A DNA stretch of 64,000 nt, from the NCBI GenBank assembly GCA_965203905.1, contig CBDBDQ010000005.1, positions 4,096,001 to 4,160,000 of the forward strand. Direction: 5' to 3'. The number at the start of each line of letters is the position of its first letter. Within the stretch, counting starts at the first letter, position 1. This document shows, in pieces, positions 49,602 to 59,432 of this stretch. Under the pieces are notes generated by a model. That model was not told where the DNA came from and searched no databases. It saw nothing but the letters and a program-made list of their open reading frames with translations. Made by a program: the position numbers and the translations under genes. The stretch comes from Spirochaetia bacterium. Its GTDB lineage: Bacteria; Spirochaetota; Spirochaetia; SZUA-6; Bin103.

Positions 49602-49811
49602 ATCGCACACGTAGTCGTTGGAGAAGACGAACTGCTTGAGAAGGCACTCAAGCGCTTCAAGCGCATGGTGGAGAAGGAAGGAATCGTACGCGAGTGGAAG
49701 CGACGTGAGTACTTCGAGAAGCCCTCGACCATCCGCAACAAGAAACGCAAGGCTCTGGAGCGGAAGCGCCTCAAGAAGCAGCGCAAGCTCACCGCCATCA
49801 AGAAGTACTAG
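49602..49811 (+). CDS. rpsU: 30S ribosomal protein bS21 (apparent ATC start codon)
   Basis: Manual translation: (I)[50 protein letters not shown]...KKY*; GGAGG at 49589-49593; absent from ORF track. Confidence 0.92.
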   Translation: MAHVVVGEDELLEKALKRFKRMVEKEGIVREWKRREYFEKPSTIRNKKRKALERKRLKKQRKLTAIKKY

Positions 49812-49903
49812 TCACCATCAGCCCTGAAATCCCGGAAGGTTTGCTGCCGCCGCCGCTGCCTCTTGACCGAAGGAGGCGCTCGGTGGTACCTTTGTTCTTA
49901 CGA

Positions 49904-49976
49904 CGCAGGGTAGAGCAGTTGGCAGCTCGTCGGGCTCATAACCCGGAGGTCGCAGGTTCGAATCCTGCCCCTGCTA
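49904..49976 (+). tRNA. initiator tRNA-fMet (CAT)
   Basis: Cloverleaf; unpaired C1; GGG/CCC pairs in the anticodon stem; TTCGAAT T-loop; CCA not encoded. Confidence 0.93.
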
Positions 49977-49998
49977 TCCGATCAACTGGTCCCGCAAG

Positions 49999-50029
49999 AA
50001 GAGCCGCTCCCAGGGGGGGCGGCTTTTTT
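49999..50029 (+). terminator. intrinsic terminator
   Basis: AAGAGCCGCTCC / GGGGCGGCTT hairpin followed by T-run. Confidence 0.8.
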
Positions 50030-50253
50030 GCGCCCGATTACCAGGACGGCGCCAACCGCAGCTCACCGAAACGGCGTGCCGTGTCAGCGGCTTGCTGTGT
50101 CGTGCGGAGCTTGTGAGCCACCTGAGCCGCGTGGGCCCACGCGGCGTGAGTCAGGTGAGGTGGAACGACCGAATAGTACGCAGGGCCACACCGTGGCGCG
50201 GAGACCATGAAAACCGATGCAGCTGGTTCGTCTACCGGACATGGTCTTCGTAC

Positions 50254-50327
50254 TAGCGGTGAAGGGATTCGAACCCCTGACACAGCGGATATGAGCCGCT
50301 TGCTCTAACCAACTGAGCTACACCGCC
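50254..50327 (-). tRNA. tRNA with CAT anticodon, most likely elongator tRNA-Met
   Basis: GGCGGTG acceptor stem, GCTC D-stem, CTCATAT loop, TTCGAAT; Ile2 not fully excluded. Confidence 0.88.
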
Positions 50328-50551
50328 CCGAACGCGCCATCGTGGGAACGCGCGCTGGCCCGCCAAGTATACGAATTGAGTCGGCCTCCGTCGACGCCTG
50401 CGGGACAGGTTGGGCAGGTTGCAGCACGCACCACCCATCCCCGCTGATGCCGGCCGCCGCCAGCCGCGCCACGGTCGGCGCCAGCGGCTCCCCGGCACCC
50501 TCCCACCGCGCCGGCGGGCATCGTCGTGGCTGGTTGGGATAGTATGGCGGG

Positions 50552-51049
50552 GTGTTGATTGAAGCCTTCACCGATGGTGGCTGCAGCGGCAATCCCGGGC
50601 CCGGCGGCTGGGCCTTCCATGTCACCGTGCAGGCGGACGCCGCGGATGGCGGCGACGGCGTGGCGCGGGATCCGGTGGAAGATTCCGGATTCGCCGCCCG
50701 CACCACCAACAATCGGATGGAGTTGGCGGCCGTGATCCAGGCGCTGCGGGCGATCCGCGGCATGCCCGAGCACGCCGGGGCCCGGATCGTGGTGGTTACC
50801 GACTCGACCTACGTGCAACAGGGAATCGTCTCCTGGATTCACCGCTGGCGCGCCAACGGTTGGCGCACCGCGACCAAACAGCCGGTCAAGAACGTCGAGC
50901 TGTGGCGTCGCCTGGACGAGCTGGCACGCGCTACCGGCGCCCAGTTCCGCTGGGTGCGCGGGCACGCCGGCGATCCGCGCAACGAGCGCTGCCACAACCT
51001 GGTGCAGGCCGCCATCGCCGGTGCCCGTCGTCACCGGGCGCCGCAGTAG
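50552..51049 (+). CDS. rnhA: ribonuclease HI
   Basis: 'FTDGGCSGNPGPGG', 'TTNNRMEL', 'TDSTY', 'WVRGHAG...NERC'. Confidence 0.94.
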   Translation: MLIEAFTDGGCSGNPGPGGWAFHVTVQADAADGGDGVARDPVEDSGFAARTTNNRMELAAVIQALRAIRGMPEHAGARIVVVTDSTYVQQGIVSWIHRWRANGWRTATKQPVKNVELWRRLDELARATGAQFRWVRGHAGDPRNERCHNLVQAAIAGARRHRAPQ

Positions 51050-51157
51050 CGCGAACATCGTCACCGACCCGCTCCCGGCCGCCGCCGGAGGGTCGCGCGT
51101 CTGACTCCCGAAAGCGGCGCAGAGCGCGGGCCGTTGTAGGTGGTCGGAGGCAACAGA

Positions 51158-52723
51158 GTGAGATCTCAGGTATTTGGCCATGCTCCCTTCGGGGTGGATG
51201 GCGACTTGGTGGCGGTGGAGGTGGACCTGCGCCGCGGTATCCCCGGCGTCGACATCGTGGGCTTGCCGGACGACGCGGTGCGCGAATCCCGGGAACGGGT
51301 GCGCGTCGCCATCCGCAACAGCGGCTTTCAGTTCCCGCGCGACCGGGTGCTGATCAACCTGTCACCGGCGGGCGTACGCAAGGTGGGCGCGGCGTACGAT
51401 CTGCCGCTCGCGCTCGCGGTACTGGTGGCGTCGGGCCAGGTGCCGCCGCCGGATGCCCCGGTGCTGGCCTGCGGCGAGCTCAACCTGGCCGGTGCGGTCC
51501 ATCCGGTGAGCGGGATCCTGACGGCGGTGTCGGCCGGCGTCAAGGCCGGCCACGGGTGGTTTCTGGTACCCGCCGACAATCGACGCGAGGCGGAGGCCCT
51601 GGGCGTGGGCACCGTGATGAGCGTGGCGAGCCTCACCGAAGCGGTGGCGGCTCTGGCCCAGGTGCGCGCGGTATCTCCGAACGGGAGCCACGGCCGCGCC
51701 GCCAACCCGGTCACCAGGGCCGCTTGCGGGCCATCGCCCTGGCGCAGGGAACTGGGCGAAGTCACCGACATACGCGGGCAGAGCGTGCTCAAGCGAGCGC
51801 TTGCCGTAGCTGCCGCCGGGGGCCATCACTCGCTGCTGTTCGGGCCTCCCGGCAGTGGCAAGACGATGGCGGGGCGGCGCCTGGTCGGCCTGCTGCCGCC
51901 GCTGCCCCGGCACCAGGCGCTGGCGGTCACGCGGATCCACTCGGTGTCCGGCTCGCTGCCGCACGCGGAAGGGCTGTTGCGCTGGCCTCCGTTTCGGGCG
52001 CCGCACCACAGCGCTTCCGCGGAAGGGGTGGTCGGCGGAGGCAGCATCCTGCGTCCCGGCGAGGTGTCTCTGGCCCACGCCGGAGTGCTGCTGTTGGACG
52101 AAGCACCGGAGTTTGCCCGGCCGGTACTGCAGAGCCTGCGCGAGCCGCTGGAGACCGGCCGCGTGGACGTCGCCAGAGCCGGGCGCAGCGCAAGCTTCCC
52201 GGCCAGCTTTCAACTGGTCATGACCGCCAATCCCTGCCCGTGCGGCAACCTGGGCCGGCGTCACGCCGCCTGCATCTGCTCTACCGCCGAGGTCAAGCAC
52301 TACTGGAAGCGGCTGGGCGGCGCACTTCTGGATCGCATCGACATCCGGGTCCCGGTGAATGACACCGCGCCTGCCGAGCTGCTCGAGCCCGGCGTGGAGC
52401 GTCCGGAGGATTACCTCGGCGCCGTGCATGAGGCGCGTTCGCGGCAACAGCAGCGCTATCGCGACTGCAGGTGGAGCGTGAACGCGCGGCTGCCGCCACG
52501 CGAGGTGGAGCGGTTCTGCCGCCTCGACCAGGCGCAGATCGACCAGCTCGGCCGCGGCATGCGTCACACCCAGCTCTCGTCGCGCGCCCTGCACTCGGTG
52601 ATCAAGCTGGCGCGCACGGTGGCGGACCTGGACGGCTGCGAGCGGATCGCCACGGCTCACGTGCACGAGGCCCTCCAGTACCGGAGGTACGGCGACGTGG
52701 ACATCTACTGGCACTACGATTAG
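51158..52723 (+). CDS. comM: YifB/ComM family Mg-chelatase-like AAA ATPase
   Basis: 'IVGLPD..VRESRERVR', 'GPPGSGKT', 'PFRAPHH', 'PGEVSLAH', 'NPCPCG'. Confidence 0.88.
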   Translation: MRSQVFGHAPFGVDGDLVAVEVDLRRGIPGVDIVGLPDDAVRESRERVRVAIRNSGFQFPRDRVLINLSPAGVRKVGAAYDLPLALAVLVASGQVPPPDAPVLACGELNLAGAVHPVSGILTAVSAGVKAGHGWFLVPADNRREAEALGVGTVMSVASLTEAVAALAQVRAVSPNGSHGRAANPVTRAACGPSPWRRELGEVTDIRGQSVLKRALAVAAAGGHHSLLFGPPGSGKTMAGRRLVGLLPPLPRHQALAVTRIHSVSGSLPHAEGLLRWPPFRAPHHSASAEGVVGGGSILRPGEVSLAHAGVLLLDEAPEFARPVLQSLREPLETGRVDVARAGRSASFPASFQLVMTANPCPCGNLGRRHAACICSTAEVKHYWKRLGGALLDRIDIRVPVNDTAPAELLEPGVERPEDYLGAVHEARSRQQQRYRDCRWSVNARLPPREVERFCRLDQAQIDQLGRGMRHTQLSSRALHSVIKLARTVADLDGCERIATAHVHEALQYRRYGDVDIYWHYD

Positions 52724-52817
52724 CGCCCCGTCCTCGGTAAAAGTGGTACACTGGCCGTGGATGAGTCGGCACGGTCACTGCGTGACGCAGCACGGTCATT
52801 GCGCGACACGGAAGACC

Positions 52818-54119
52818 ATGAAAACGGCCCATGCGTCCGTGCACGGTGGCCACCATGTTCGCACCACGCCGGCGGCCATGGGAACCGCAGCCCAGGCGCC
52901 GCCGGCTGCTCGCCAGGTGCGGCCGCGGCGGTACCGTGGACGCCAGCTGGTCGCCAGCGCCGTGATCGCGGCCCTGGCCGGTGCAAGCGTCGGACTGGCC
53001 GTCGGGATCCGTTGGTCCGGTGACCGCACGGCGGTGCCGGTAGGCCCGACGCCGGCGTACGGCGCCCCGGCACTGCCGGTGCAGTTTCGCGTTGGCCGGG
53101 TGGGCGTCTCCGCCGACGAAGCCAACAACATCGACATCTATCAGCGCTACAACGAGGCGGTCGTGAATGTCACCGCGATTGCCATGGACTACCATTGGTT
53201 CCTGGACGTCGTCCCGCGCTCCGGGGCCGGCTCGGGGACGATTATCGATCGCGAGGGCCACGTGGTTACCAACTACCACGTCGTCAAGGACGCCCGGATG
53301 GTCGGCGTCACCCTGGCCAGCGGCGAGGAGCTGGAGGGGCGCGTGGTGGGAGCCGATCCGGAGACCGACCTCGCGGTGGTGAAGTTCGATCCGCGTGGTC
53401 TCGATCTCACCACCATCCCGTTCGGTCGCTCCGCCGACCTGATGGTAGGTCAGAAGGTGCTCGCGATCGGCAACCCGTTCGCCCTGAGCCGCACCCTCAC
53501 GACGGGCGTGGTATCGGGCCTGGGGCGGCCGGTGAGCGCCGTGAACGGCGTCATCATTCGCGAGATGATCCAGACCGACGCCTCCATCAACCCCGGCAAC
53601 TCGGGCGGTCCGCTGCTCAATTCGCGCGGCGAGATGATCGGCATCAACACCACCATCATCTCGCCGACGGGAGGCTCGGTGGGGATCGGATTCGCCGTGC
53701 CCATCGACACCGCGCGGCGGGTGTTGCCGGAGCTGCTGCGCCACGGCGAGGTGCGCCGCGGGTGGATCGACGTGCGGCCGGTGCAGCTCTTCCCCCGCCT
53801 GGCGCGGCAACTGCGTCTGCCGGTGGAACGCGGTATCCTGGTATCCGAAGTGATCCAGGGAGGGAACGCGGCGGCAGCGGGGCTGCGTGGCGGCAGCCGC
53901 TCCGTGCGCTGGGGCCGGTCGGTGTTCCGGGTGGGCGGCGACATCATCCTCGAGGTGGACGGTACCGCGACCGCAACCATCGCCGATCTGTTCAACGCGC
54001 TGGAGGACAACAAGCCGGGAGAGCGGATAGAAGTGGTGTACCAACGCGGCGCGCGGCGCCATACCGCCACGGTGATCCTGAGCCGCCGCTCGCGGCAGAT
54101 TCAGGAGTATTTTTCTTAG
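52818..54119 (+). CDS. HtrA/DegP-like serine protease with PDZ domain
   Basis: 'VTNYHV', 'DLAV', 'QTDASINPGNSGGPL'; start uncertain. Confidence 0.9.
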   Translation: MKTAHASVHGGHHVRTTPAAMGTAAQAPPAARQVRPRRYRGRQLVASAVIAALAGASVGLAVGIRWSGDRTAVPVGPTPAYGAPALPVQFRVGRVGVSADEANNIDIYQRYNEAVVNVTAIAMDYHWFLDVVPRSGAGSGTIIDREGHVVTNYHVVKDARMVGVTLASGEELEGRVVGADPETDLAVVKFDPRGLDLTTIPFGRSADLMVGQKVLAIGNPFALSRTLTTGVVSGLGRPVSAVNGVIIREMIQTDASINPGNSGGPLLNSRGEMIGINTTIISPTGGSVGIGFAVPIDTARRVLPELLRHGEVRRGWIDVRPVQLFPRLARQLRLPVERGILVSEVIQGGNAAAAGLRGGSRSVRWGRSVFRVGGDIILEVDGTATATIADLFNALEDNKPGERIEVVYQRGARRHTATVILSRRSRQIQEYFS

Positions 54120-54125
54120 CAGCGT

Positions 54126-56174
54126 ATGCCGGAGTTCAAGGTTGTTGCAGACTTCGTGCCCGCCGGCGATCAGGGACCGGCCATAGCGGCGCTCTGCCGC
54201 GGGCTCGAGCGGGGCCACCGCTATCAGACGCTCAAGGGCGTCACCGGTTCGGGCAAGACCTTCTCCATGGCCAAGATCATCGAAGGCGCCCAGGTACCGA
54301 CCCTGGTAATCTCCCACAACAAGACGCTGGCGGCTCAGCTCTACCGCGAGTTCAAGGACTTCCTGCCGCACAACGCGGTGGAGTACTTCGTCTCCTACTA
54401 CGACTACTATCAGCCGGAGGCGTACGTTGCCAGCCGCGATCTCTACATCGAGAAGGACGCCTCCATCAACGACGAGATCGAACGGCTGCGGCTGGGTGCG
54501 ACCACCGCGCTGATGGAGCGGCGCGACGTGGTGGTGGTGGCCACCGTGTCCTGCATCTACGGTCTGGGGAGCCCCGACGACTACCGCGACATGCGGGTCG
54601 AGCTGGAGCTGGGAAGCGAGGTCGAGCCGCGCCGCCTGATGCGGCGCCTGGTCGCCCTGCAGTACACCCGCAACGACGCGCTGCTGATGCGCGCCGGCTT
54701 CCGCAGTCGCGGCGAAGTGATCGAGGTGCTGCCGCCGCACGCCAAGGAGGGGCTTCGCATCGAGTTCTTCGGCGACGAGATCGAACGCCTGCGGCGCATC
54801 GACCCGCTCACCGGCAATGCGCTGGCCGAGCTCGAGTTCGCAGCGGTCTACCCGGCCAAGCACTTCGTAACCCCCGAGGAGCGGCTGGAGCGGGCGGTGG
54901 CGGCGATCCGCGAGGAGCTGGAGGTGCGCCACGAGCAGTTACTGCAGCAGGGCAAGCTGGTGGAGGCGCAACGGCTGCTGACGCGCTCCGAGTACGACCT
55001 CGAGATGCTCGCCGAGATCGGTTACTGCAGCGGCATCGAGAACTACTCCCGGCACCTGAGCGGCCGCAAGGAGGGGGAGCGCCCGGCGGTGCTGCTCGAT
55101 TTCTTCCCGCAGGAATTCCTGGTGTTCATCGACGAGTCGCACGTCACCGTGCCCCAGGTCGGCGCAATGTACGAGGGCGACCGCTCGCGCAAGGAGGCGC
55201 TGGTGGACCACGGCTTCCGTTTGCCGTCGGCACTGGACAACCGGCCCCTCACCTACGGCGAGTTCGAGGGAATGCTGGAGCGGGTGGTGTACGTGTCCGC
55301 CACCCCGGCGGCGGAGGAGCTGAGCACCTCGGCACAGGTCGTGGAGCAGGTGATCCGGCCCACCGGGCTGCTGGATCCGGAGATCGAGGTGCGCCACTCC
55401 GCGGGCCAGATCGAGGACCTCTATCGGCAGATCAGGCAGCGTACGGCACGCGGCGAACGTACGCTGGTGACCACCCTCACCAAGCGCATGGCGGAAGACC
55501 TCACCGACTACCTGGCGGACATCGGGGTGCGCTGTCGCTTTCTCCACTCGGAGGTGGATACCTTCGAGCGGGTCGAGATCCTGCGCGACCTGCGGGCCGG
55601 GGAGTTCGACGTGCTGGTGGGTGTCAATCTGCTGCGCGAGGGCCTGGATCTGCCGGAGGTGTCGCTCATCGCCATCCTCGATGCCGACAAGATCGGCTTC
55701 CTGCGCTCCACCACGTCGCTGATCCAGATCATCGGCCGCGCGGCGCGCAACGTGAACGGACGGGTGATCATGTACGCCGACCGCGAGTCGGACTCCATGC
55801 GCGAGGCGATCTCGGAAACCAGCCGCCGCCGCGCCCTGCAACTCGCGTACAATTCCGAGCACGGCATCACGCCGACCTCCATCACCAAGGCGGTGCAGGA
55901 TCTGCTGGTGCGCAAGGCGGACGAGAAGCGGTCGGCGGAGAAGCTGGATCTGGAGGTGGTCAAGCAGCGGTTCAACGTGCTGGTGCCGAAGGAGCGCCGC
56001 GCGCTGATTCGGACGTTGGAAAAGGAGATGCTGGAGTTGGCCAAGGACCTGGAGTATGAGCGTGCCGCCGTGCTCCGTGACGAGATCAACAACCTGCGGG
56101 AGCTCGATGGTCCGGGAGCCAAGTCCCCCGCGGCCCCGGCCCCGGCTCGGGCCCGCGTCCGCCGTGCCGACTGA
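54126..56174 (+). CDS. uvrB: excinuclease ABC subunit B
   Basis: 'GVTGSGKT', 'YYDYYQPEAY', 'DESH', 'GFRLPSALDNRPL', C-terminal UVR domain. Confidence 0.97.
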   Translation: MPEFKVVADFVPAGDQGPAIAALCRGLERGHRYQTLKGVTGSGKTFSMAKIIEGAQVPTLVISHNKTLAAQLYREFKDFLPHNAVEYFVSYYDYYQPEAYVASRDLYIEKDASINDEIERLRLGATTALMERRDVVVVATVSCIYGLGSPDDYRDMRVELELGSEVEPRRLMRRLVALQYTRNDALLMRAGFRSRGEVIEVLPPHAKEGLRIEFFGDEIERLRRIDPLTGNALAELEFAAVYPAKHFVTPEERLERAVAAIREELEVRHEQLLQQGKLVEAQRLLTRSEYDLEMLAEIGYCSGIENYSRHLSGRKEGERPAVLLDFFPQEFLVFIDESHVTVPQVGAMYEGDRSRKEALVDHGFRLPSALDNRPLTYGEFEGMLERVVYVSATPAAEELSTSAQVVEQVIRPTGLLDPEIEVRHSAGQIEDLYRQIRQRTARGERTLVTTLTKRMAEDLTDYLADIGVRCRFLHSEVDTFERVEILRDLRAGEFDVLVGVNLLREGLDLPEVSLIAILDADKIGFLRSTTSLIQIIGRAARNVNGRVIMYADRESDSMREAISETSRRRALQLAYNSEHGITPTSITKAVQDLLVRKADEKRSAEKLDLEVVKQRFNVLVPKERRALIRTLEKEMLELAKDLEYERAAVLRDEINNLRELDGPGAKSPAAPAPARARVRRAD

Positions 56175-56289
56175 GCGGCGCCCGAGTGCCGCCGCGGGAT
56201 CGCTGGCGCCGCCGCGACGGCCCGCGGCCGGCGCCGGTGCGAAACCGCGCCGCCGCGGCGGCAGCGCCGCGCTGGGCGCCGCGCTGGTG

Positions 56290-56652
56290 ATGGGCGCCGC
56301 CGCGCTGGGTTGCCAGCAGGACGAGTCCGAGGAACGACTCCTGCTGCCGGCTACCTCGGTGGTCGCCACCAACGAGGTGCGCGGCATCGTCACCGCCGAC
56401 TCACTGCGCGTCCGCGCCCAGCCCTCGGTGCGTGCCGAGGTGCTCTCCTACCTGCGCCGCGGCGAGGTGGTGGAGGTGTTGCGCCGCGGTGAGGAGGAGC
56501 AACGCATTGGCGGCTACCAGGGGTATTGGTTCGAGGTGACCTTCGAGGGCGTGCGCGGCTGGGCATTCGGCACCCATCTGGACCTGCTCACGCCTGGTGC
56601 GACCGACGCCGCAGTGAACGCGCGGGTAGAGGCTGCCCGCAGCATCGATTGA
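56290..56652 (+). CDS. SH3b-domain (lipo)protein
   Basis: 'LGC' lipobox-like, 'LRVRAQPS', 'WFEV...RGWAFG'; start uncertain. Confidence 0.65.
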   Translation: MGAAALGCQQDESEERLLLPATSVVATNEVRGIVTADSLRVRAQPSVRAEVLSYLRRGEVVEVLRRGEEEQRIGGYQGYWFEVTFEGVRGWAFGTHLDLLTPGATDAAVNARVEAARSID

Positions 56653-56740
56653 CGCCGGCGAAGCCAGCGATGAAACGGTTCCCGGCCGGGAGTGCCCGCC
56701 CGCTGCCACCACCGCGCCGCCGGCACATCCGACTGCCGCG

Positions 56741-58393
56741 GTGCTGACGATTCTGCTGGTCTGGGTAGTTCCCATCGTGTGGGGCGCCCTGATCGGCTAC
56801 TTCACCAACGCCCTGGCCATCAGAATGCTGTTCCGGCCGCTCACCCGGAAGTACCTGCTGGGAATCCCCGTGCCGTTGACGCCGGGCATCATCCCGCGGC
56901 GGCGCGGCGAGTTGGCGCGCAGTATTGCGCGCATGGTGGCGCGCGACCTGCTGTCGGCGGAAGCGGTTCGTGCCCGCCTGCAGACCGAGACCTTTCGCGT
57001 CGCACTGGAGACCCAGTTCCGGCACTTGCGCCAGACCTTGCTGCAGCGCCCACTGGCGGAGCTTGCGGCACATGCCGGGAGCGCGTTGCGTGGCATGCCG
57101 CAGGACGAAGCGCAGGCGGGTGACGACCGCGGGGAACTCTCCTGGCCCGACCTCGTGCGCCACCTGTTGCAACGGTTGCTGGTACGGCTGGTGGGCTCAC
57201 GGGGGTTCATCTACGGCGTGCGCAGCCTGGTGCAGCGGCTGGTGGATGACTTCGGGGCGCGGCGCCTGCACGAGCTGATCGGGGTCGATCAGCTCACCGC
57301 GCTGGTCACCGGCAGCCTGCTGCCGGCGCTCGGCCGCGACGAGATCCGGGCCCAGGTCTCCGCGCTGGTCAAGGACTGGCTGCACCGCCAGCGCGCGGCC
57401 AACGTACCCCTGGACCGGTTCCTGACGCCCGAGACCACGGAACTGCTGATCGGCCTGTTCCGGCGCAATCTGCCGGCGCTGCTCGACGTGCTGTTCACCT
57501 GGCTACGCGGTCCCCGGGTGCGCCGCGAGCTGGAGGTATACGGCCGCGCCATCCTGCGCGACATCCTCGACAAGCTGAACCTGATGCAGAAGGTGTTCAT
57601 CACCGCCGGCCAGTACGACCGCAGCCTGAACGAGCGGATGCCGGAGATCGTGACCGACGTGATCGATCAGGCGGAAGCGGCCACCGCCAGCACCGCGGTG
57701 CGGGAGCAGATCTGCGGCGGCGCGCGGCGCGCCCTGGCACAGTGGAGGACCCGCGGCCTTGGCGACCTGGCTGCCGACTCGGCGACCCAGATCGATGAGC
57801 TGGTGGACCACCTGGTGGCGCGTGTGTTCGATGCGTTCTCCGGCCACGGTGCAACCGGTGTCGCCCCCGTTCCGGCCGACGAAGCGGTGCGGCGCTGGTA
57901 TTCGCAGCATGGCGACGCTACTCTGGCGGAGCTCGCCGCGCGCTATCTTGGCGTGCAGCCTGCGGCGGTGGCCGACTTTCTTGCCAACCAGCTCCTCGGG
58001 CACCTGGCGCGCCCGGAAACCGGGCAACAGATCGCCGAGTTGATTCCCGCGCTGGCAGGAGAGGCGCTGGGCCGGGCCGACACCGCGGCCGGAACCACGA
58101 CCCTGGGCGAGGTGTTCGCATTGCCGGCGGCGACCGCAAACCGGCTCGACGGCGTCCTGACCCGGTGGGCGATCGGGTTCCTGGGCGAGCGGCTGCCATC
58201 GGTGATGGATACGATCGACATTCAGTCGCTGGTGATCGCCAAGATCGACGCCCTCGACGCACGGCAGGTAGAGCAGCTCCTGCTCACCGTGATCGCCCGC
58301 CACCTGAAGTGGATCAAGCTGTTTGGTGCCGTCATCGGCGCCGCCATCGGCTTGCTGCTGATCGCCCTGCGGGCGGTCAGCCCGGGTCTCTGA
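56741..58393 (+). CDS. DUF445 family membrane protein
   Basis: 'GALIGYFTNALAIRMLFRP', 'PGIIPRRR', C-terminal 'LKWIKLFGAVIG'. Confidence 0.85.
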   Translation: MLTILLVWVVPIVWGALIGYFTNALAIRMLFRPLTRKYLLGIPVPLTPGIIPRRRGELARSIARMVARDLLSAEAVRARLQTETFRVALETQFRHLRQTLLQRPLAELAAHAGSALRGMPQDEAQAGDDRGELSWPDLVRHLLQRLLVRLVGSRGFIYGVRSLVQRLVDDFGARRLHELIGVDQLTALVTGSLLPALGRDEIRAQVSALVKDWLHRQRAANVPLDRFLTPETTELLIGLFRRNLPALLDVLFTWLRGPRVRRELEVYGRAILRDILDKLNLMQKVFITAGQYDRSLNERMPEIVTDVIDQAEAATASTAVREQICGGARRALAQWRTRGLGDLAADSATQIDELVDHLVARVFDAFSGHGATGVAPVPADEAVRRWYSQHGDATLAELAARYLGVQPAAVADFLANQLLGHLARPETGQQIAELIPALAGEALGRADTAAGTTTLGEVFALPAATANRLDGVLTRWAIGFLGERLPSVMDTIDIQSLVIAKIDALDARQVEQLLLTVIARHLKWIKLFGAVIGAAIGLLLIALRAVSPGL

Positions 58394-58419
58394 CCTCCAG
58401 GACGCTCAGGCGCGGCATG

Positions 58420-59292
58420 CTAGTAGTCGTCTGCCAGGCGTTGCCGCAACCAGCCCTCCAGGGCGTCGAGACGATTGCCGAGCGAGGTCTGTGCGCGCTC
58501 ACGGGCGAAGTCGAGGTCGGCGGCATGAATCGCCGCGCTGGCGTAGAACAGCAGGCCACGGTCGGTAGGAGTGATCGTCACCACGCTGCGAAAGTCGCCC
58601 TCCGCCACCAGCGGCAGGATGCCCCACCACATGGTGGTCAGGTTCTCGACCTGCATCACGATGCTCACCCCGTCGAACCGGAAGTCCGCCTGGTACACGT
58701 TGCTGCCGAAGGTGGAGTCCTCCTGCTCCAGAAACAGCGACGAGTGGCGTGGTACGCTACTCGCCACCGGATCCGGCTGTGGAGTACGATCCGCGGGACC
58801 GACAATGGCATGAGAGCGCTGGTACAGCGTACGATAGTGACCGCGACTGTCGGAGAAGTATTCGATGCCTTGCAGAGTGCTGACCGCACGCAGATGGTTG
58901 TACAGCGCGGTCCAATCGCAGGAAGCGCCGCCGGGAAGCAGGCGCAGGACCTCGGCACCGTATGTCACGCCGATGGCGGCGACGGAAGTCGCGATGGCGC
59001 TCCGGTCCGGCAGCTCCGGCACCAGCTCCGGTGTCGCGCCGGCCAGCAGCGGGACCTGGACTCCCCGCTGCTGGAGGCGCGCGCGAACCACGCCATCGGG
59101 AACCAGCTGCGTCAGCTCGGCCGGGCACGCGCCGGCGTTGCTCGCCGCGACCGCGATCACCAGCAGCACTCCCCGGCCGCGGAGCGGCCTGTGGCAGCCC
59201 ACCGCGGCACGCCGGATGAAACCCATCACCGGCGTGGTCCGCAGATGCCGGCCGGCAGGTGATGCCTGTGTCTCGGTTTCATCGTCTACCAT
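58420..59292 (-). CDS. spirochaete-type exported hypothetical protein (DUF6675-like)
   Basis: 'LYNHLRAVSTLQGIEYFS', 'QEDSTFGSNVY', 'SLGNRLDAL..W'; start uncertain. Confidence 0.55.
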   Translation of the reverse strand: MVDDETETQASPAGRHLRTTPVMGFIRRAAVGCHRPLRGRGVLLVIAVAASNAGACPAELTQLVPDGVVRARLQQRGVQVPLLAGATPELVPELPDRSAIATSVAAIGVTYGAEVLRLLPGGASCDWTALYNHLRAVSTLQGIEYFSDSRGHYRTLYQRSHAIVGPADRTPQPDPVASSVPRHSSLFLEQEDSTFGSNVYQADFRFDGVSIVMQVENLTTMWWGILPLVAEGDFRSVVTITPTDRGLLFYASAAIHAADLDFARERAQTSLGNRLDALEGWLRQRLADDY

Positions 59293-59432
59293 GTCACGGA
59301 GCGAGCGTGCCAACTCACCATAGAAACTCCGCGAGGCACCGGCAAGCGCCGCGCGGGCGTCATGCGGCGCGGTGTTGAGGACGGTGGCGCCGGTGCGGCG
59401 GGGTAACGGTGATACCACGGTACGGAGCTGAC

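Noticed and set aside
49904-52723. tRNA-Met genes or comM as the island integration site
   Set aside because: All intact, 15 kb or more from the island, with no integrase or duplicated att sequence seen
52770-52811. Imperfect 21-bp tandem repeat upstream of the HtrA-like gene
   Set aside because: Only two degenerate units; no evidence of function
42367-55000. Long antisense or alternate-frame ORFs (43027-44358, 52602-54932, 53195-56059; also 3773-5413, 16104-17876)
   Set aside because: Shadows of real genes caused by high GC3; no recognisable motifs
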